A stretch of 64,000 nucleotides of DNA from positions 2,196 through 66,195 of the forward strand of contig JAKLKQ010000036.1 in the NCBI GenBank assembly GCA_023150555.1, in the 5' to 3' direction. The notes beneath the pieces were generated by a model that saw only the letters and a program-made list of their open reading frames with translations, ran no database searches and was not told where the DNA came from. Shown here one piece after another: positions 59,900-64,000 of the stretch. Position numbers and translations under genes: made by a program. The stretch comes from Planctomycetota bacterium (lineage in GTDB: Bacteria; Planctomycetota; SZUA-567; H5-PLA8). Within the stretch, counting starts at the first letter, position 1. Each line of letters starts with the position of its first letter.

Positions 59900-61900
59900 A
59901 TGGCACGCGCAGCCGTCGACAAGGAACTCGAAGAATACCGGCGGATCATGACGCCCCCCGAGCAGTTCGAGGAGGGCTTCTCGTACCGCACGGTGCTGGG
60001 CGCGATCTTCCTCGGGTTCGTGATGATGCCGGCGTCGATGTACATGGGGCTGGTAGTCGGCCCGGCGCACATCGGCGACGCCGCGCGCTGGGTGACGGTG
60101 ATCTTGTTCCTGGAAATAGCCAAACGCAGCCGCGTCTCGCTCAAGCAGCAGGAACTGTACGTCCTCTACTACATGGCCGGTATGGCGCTGTATTCGCCCT
60201 TTGAGGGCCTGCTCTTCCGCCAGTACCTCGTCGTGTCGCCGGCAGCCACCGACCTGAACCTGATCGAACACTTCTCGCAGCCGGATATGGGTTGGGTCGC
60301 GCCCTCGAAGCAGTACATCGACGACCACGGCCGCAATTTCTTCTGCGGCGGCTGGGTCACCCCCATACTCGTCATCGGCCTGGCCACCGTCCTGCACCGC
60401 ATCGACCACTTCGGCCTCGGCTACTTCCTCTATCGCCTGACCAGCGACGTCGAGCGCCTGCCCTTCCCGCTCGCGCCCGTCGGCGCTGCCGGCGCGGTGG
60501 CGCTGGCCGAGAGCACCCAGGAGAAGCAGACCTGGCGCTGGCGCACCTTCTCCATCGGTACGATGCTGGGCCTGGCCTACGGCACGATCTACAACGCGGT
60601 GCCCGCCGTCACCGGAGCGCTGTTCGGGAAGTCGATCCAGATCGTCCCCATTCCGTTCATCGAACTCACCGACAAGACGCGCGACATCCTGCCGGCCGTC
60701 GCGACAGGCCTGACCGTCGATCTGGGGCTGATCATCCTCGGGTTCGTGCTGCCGTTCTGGAGCGTCGTGGGCGGAATCGTGGCCGTGATCGGCACGATGG
60801 TGCTCAATCCGTTCCTCTTCGAGACAGGTGTCCTGCGCACCTGGACCCACTCGATGAAAACACCCGAAACCCAGGTGGCCAATTATTTCGATTTCTACCT
60901 GAGCTGGAACATCGGAATGGCGCTGGCCATCGCGGTGATCGGCTTCTGGGGCATCGGGCGCGGGCTGATCGCGCTGCGAAAGAAAAAGCAGGAAGGCGAG
61001 GACACGTTGGACTTCTCGAAACTCTGGACGAAGAACGTCAAGCGCGGCGACATCTCGATCTGGATCAGCCTGTTCATCTACCTCTTCTCGACCTGCGCCT
61101 ACATCGCCTTCTGCGCCTGGCTGGTCCCGGGCTTCCCGGTGATCTTCTTCCTCTTTTACGGATTCATCTTCACGCCGCTGGTCAGCTACGCGACGGCGCG
61201 CCTGGAAGGCCTGGCGGGACAGGTGCTCAACATCCCGTTCGTCCGCGAGGCCGGTTTCATCCTGGCCAGCCGCTGGGGGAACTACCAGGGCCTGGGCATC
61301 TGGTTCGCACCCATCCCGATCCACAACTACGGCGTGCAGACGGTCGGCTTCCGCCAAGTCGAACTCACCGGCACCAACTTGCGCAGCATCATCAAGACCG
61401 AGTTCACCGTATTGCCCGTGATCCTTATCGCGAGCGTGCTCTTCAGCCAGTTCATCTGGGGGTTGGCGGCAATCCCCTCGGAGGCCTACCCCTACGCAAA
61501 CCTGCTGTGGGACATGCGTGCCCGCCAGGAGCTGCTGCTGTTCAGCTCCACGACCGGCGGCGAATCCCAATTCTACGACGCCATCAACTCGGCCTACATC
61601 GCTACCGGCTTCGGCGTGGGCATGGTAATCTACATCGTTCTGGCGATCTTCAGCCTGCCCACCCTGTTCATATACGGCGTGGTACGCGGCTTCGGCCATG
61701 CCAATCCGCACGGGCTGATCTTCGAGATGTTCGGGGCGATGCTCGGCCGCTTTTACTTCGAACGCCGCTTCGGGCGCGACAAGTGGCGCCAATACGCGCC
61801 GGTCCTCATGGCAGGCTACTTCTGCGGTGTGGGGCTGATCAGCGCGGCAAGCATCGCCGTCAGCATGATCTCGAAATCCGTCTCGCAACTCATGTATTGA
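59900..61900 (+). CDS. OPT-superfamily-like peptide transporter
   Basis: Many TM helices; EEGFSYRTVLGAIF, QQELY, ERLPFPLAPVGA. Confidence 0.7.
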   Translation: MARAAVDKELEEYRRIMTPPEQFEEGFSYRTVLGAIFLGFVMMPASMYMGLVVGPAHIGDAARWVTVILFLEIAKRSRVSLKQQELYVLYYMAGMALYSPFEGLLFRQYLVVSPAATDLNLIEHFSQPDMGWVAPSKQYIDDHGRNFFCGGWVTPILVIGLATVLHRIDHFGLGYFLYRLTSDVERLPFPLAPVGAAGAVALAESTQEKQTWRWRTFSIGTMLGLAYGTIYNAVPAVTGALFGKSIQIVPIPFIELTDKTRDILPAVATGLTVDLGLIILGFVLPFWSVVGGIVAVIGTMVLNPFLFETGVLRTWTHSMKTPETQVANYFDFYLSWNIGMALAIAVIGFWGIGRGLIALRKKKQEGEDTLDFSKLWTKNVKRGDISIWISLFIYLFSTCAYIAFCAWLVPGFPVIFFLFYGFIFTPLVSYATARLEGLAGQVLNIPFVREAGFILASRWGNYQGLGIWFAPIPIHNYGVQTVGFRQVELTGTNLRSIIKTEFTVLPVILIASVLFSQFIWGLAAIPSEAYPYANLLWDMRARQELLLFSSTTGGESQFYDAINSAYIATGFGVGMVIYIVLAIFSLPTLFIYGVVRGFGHANPHGLIFEMFGAMLGRFYFERRFGRDKWRQYAPVLMAGYFCGVGLISAASIAVSMISKSVSQLMY

Positions 61901-61973
61901 GCATGCCGCGTCGCCTTGCGTCCCGCTCCGCGGCGGTTATCGTGGGGCACGGAGGGAGCAAGGGAGCGCGCCG

Positions 61974-62732
61974 ATGAGCGACCAGCCGTACTTCGACGTC
62001 GAATCCAAGAGCCGCAGCCTGGAATCCGCCACGCCCCAGGAGATCATGGCCTGGGCGCTGGAGTTCTTCGGGACCAGCGGCAAGCTCTGCATGCTCACCT
62101 CCTTCCAGCTCGGCGGCATGGCGCTGCTGGACATCCTCGGCAAGCTCGAGAAGGACGTTCCCCAGGACAAGCGGTTGCCGGTGCTGTTCATCGACACCGG
62201 GTTCCACTTTCCCGAGACCCTTGCTTTCCGGGACGAGGTCGTAGCGCGCTACGGCCTGAACCTGCGCAACCTCACGCCCATTGTCGACCGCGAACTCTTC
62301 AAGGCCATTTACGGCGACGACCAGCTCTACTACCGCAATCCGCAGGAATGCTGCCGCGTCAACAAGGTCGCTCCGCGCGAGATGGCCCTGAAAGGCTTCA
62401 ACGCGGAGATCTCGGCGCTGCGCCGGGACTCGTCGCCCGAACGCGCCAACATCCAGATCCTTTCGCGGCGCACGGACGGTTCGTTCCAGATTCATCCACT
62501 GGCCAACTGGACGCGCGCGCAGGCCATGCAGTACCTGAAGGACAACGACGTCCCGATCCACCCCCTGCACGCCAAGGGGTACAAGACCATCGGGTGCTTT
62601 CCCACCTGCTGCACGATCCCCGTGGGCGAGCACGCCCCCGAACGCGCCGGCCGCTGGACGGGTACGGGCAAGACCGAGTGCGGCTTGCATCTGGTGGGAC
62701 AGAAGCAGGATACCAACGACTTCGCGATCTAA
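61974..62732 (+). CDS. cysH: APS/PAPS reductase (Fe-S-containing APS-reductase type)
   Basis: DTGFHFPET, CCRVNKV, GYKTIGC..CC, RAGRW, ECGLH. Confidence 0.92.
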   Translation: MSDQPYFDVESKSRSLESATPQEIMAWALEFFGTSGKLCMLTSFQLGGMALLDILGKLEKDVPQDKRLPVLFIDTGFHFPETLAFRDEVVARYGLNLRNLTPIVDRELFKAIYGDDQLYYRNPQECCRVNKVAPREMALKGFNAEISALRRDSSPERANIQILSRRTDGSFQIHPLANWTRAQAMQYLKDNDVPIHPLHAKGYKTIGCFPTCCTIPVGEHAPERAGRWTGTGKTECGLHLVGQKQDTNDFAI

Positions 62733-62814
62733 CCTTCAGGCAGAATAAATGACCACGGCCGGCCGGAAGAATCCGGCCGGCGGGAGTCTGCGAGAAGATG
62801 GCGAAAAAAGGGGG

Positions 62815-62985
62815 TCAGAGACCGCGGACGATGCTGCGCAGCTGTTCGCGCAGCGCTTCGCGAATCATCCGGTCCAGCACCCGCTTCTGTTCTGGGGTGA
62901 AGATTGGCTTCCGCCCGCGTTTGGACTTGCCGCCGGCGGCGGCCTTTCCAGCTTTGCGGCCACGGCGTTTGCGTCCACGGGGCAT
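62815..62985 (-). CDS. 56-aa highly basic protein
   Basis: GAGGAG RBS 7 nt before ATG 62985; MPRGRKRRGRKAGKAAAGGKSKRGRKPIFTPEQKRVLDRMIREALREQLRSIVRGL. Confidence 0.7.
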   Translation of the reverse strand: MPRGRKRRGRKAGKAAAGGKSKRGRKPIFTPEQKRVLDRMIREALREQLRSIVRGL

Positions 62986-63217
62986 CTTCGATTCTCCTCG
63001 GCTCAGGGTTGCAGTCGGACTGTCCCTTCTACTGCAATTAGACCCCTTGTAAAGGTAAGAATTTCGCACGGCTGCCGTAGGCATTAGAGCGGAAGAAGAC
63101 GCGGGTTTCGGGCAATGGACAAGGCGTCTCTGGCATTCACAGGTCCGCCAAAGGCGAAATTAAAGGCGATTCGAGACAGCGCTTTTTGTTTTGATTCAGA
63201 CGCCAGAAAGGAAATCC

Positions 63218-63562
63218 ATGAGCGACTGCGTCTTCTGCCAGATCGGAAGCCGCGAACTGCCGGCCATGGTCGTGTATGAAGACCGGGAATTTCTGGCGTT
63301 TCGGGATATTAATCCGCAGGCGCCCGTGCACATCCTGGTCGTCCCCAAGCGTCACTGCAATTCGATCCTCGATTTCCAGGACGGCGACGACGGACTGCTC
63401 GGACGGATGGTCCTGGCCGCCCAGCGCATCGCGCGGCAGGAACACTTGGCCCGCCGCGGCTTCCGCCTGGTCCTGAACTCCGGCTCCGACGGCGGGCAGG
63501 CGGTCGGCCACGTGCACTTGCACCTGCTAGGCGGGCGCACGCTGAAGTGGCCGCCGGGCTAA
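63218..63562 (+). CDS. hinT: Histidine triad nucleotide-binding protein
   Basis: DCVFCQI, FRDINPQAPVH, GGQAV.HVHLHLLGGR..WPPG. Confidence 0.93.
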   Translation: MSDCVFCQIGSRELPAMVVYEDREFLAFRDINPQAPVHILVVPKRHCNSILDFQDGDDGLLGRMVLAAQRIARQEHLARRGFRLVLNSGSDGGQAVGHVHLHLLGGRTLKWPPG

Positions 63563-63574
63563 CATTTCCGCGCC

Positions 63575-64000
63575 CTAGAGCTTCAATTCTTCCTTGTTCA
63601 TCATGATGGTGCGGCCGCCCTGCACCGTGGCCGACATGCGCCCGTGGACGCCGAATGGGCCGACGCCCTTGAGCTGGATCAAGTGGACGCGCTTGCCGTT
63701 CGCCGCATCGAAGACCTTCAGCTCGAAGTCCTGCCGGTCGCCGACCAACGCCACCAGCTGCTTGCCGTACACGTGCGGCATCAGACTAACCGCCGGCTTG
63801 CCATGGTAGCCCTCTTCCTTCTGGCTGAAGAGCAGTTTTCCGGACTGGCACTCGCGCCCCACTACGAAGAACCCCTGCCCCGGATGCACGCATAGCCCGT
63901 ACACCTTTTCACCGTCGCAGACGACCGAATGCATGGGTTGCGGGGACTTGGCGTCCTTGGGATCCGTCTGCCACAGCACCTCGCCCGTCTCCGCCGAGAG
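63575..64000 (-). CDS. C-terminus of a PQQ-like beta-propeller protein (starts beyond the window)
   Basis: Repeats SAETGEVLW, CQSGKLLF, DAANGKRV. Confidence 0.7.
   Translation of the reverse strand, partial: LSAETGEVLWQTDPKDAKSPQPMHSVVCDGEKVYGLCVHPGQGFFVVGRECQSGKLLFSQKEEGYHGKPAVSLMPHVYGKQLVALVGDRQDFELKVFDAANGKRVHLIQLKGVGPFGVHGRMSATVQGGRTIMMNKEELKL

Overview
High-GC bacterial chromosome segment, probably Planctomycetota (inferred from HEAT/TPR secreted proteins, a Ser/Thr kinase-TPR-FGE fusion and a TsaC-phosphatase fusion). It is mostly housekeeping: purD, tsaC-LMW phosphatase, rpiB, tRNA-Phe, larB, eda, nnrD, ettA, rpmF-fabH-fabD-fabG-acpP-fabF-bioB-SDR-bioF, cysH and HIT. No transposase, integrase, prophage, rRNA or CRISPR array was seen. 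The best leads are: (1) a ~1,970-aa M28-pseudopeptidase/FtsX-type membrane protein paired with an OPT-like transporter, possibly served by an ATPase plus mini-permease at 9.5-11 kb; (2) a biotin synthase with rewired auxiliary-cluster ligand positions, next to an SDR lacking the catalytic Lys; (3) a pentaheme cytochrome translationally coupled to a probable outer-membrane barrel; (4) a CTAG-targeting MITE built from covarying hairpin units, with a decayed second copy; (5) an HTH-PilZ regulator with a palindrome over its own promoter; (6) an AT-rich convergent spacer holding a dif-like 28-mer. All product calls come from motif recognition by eye; no database searches were run.
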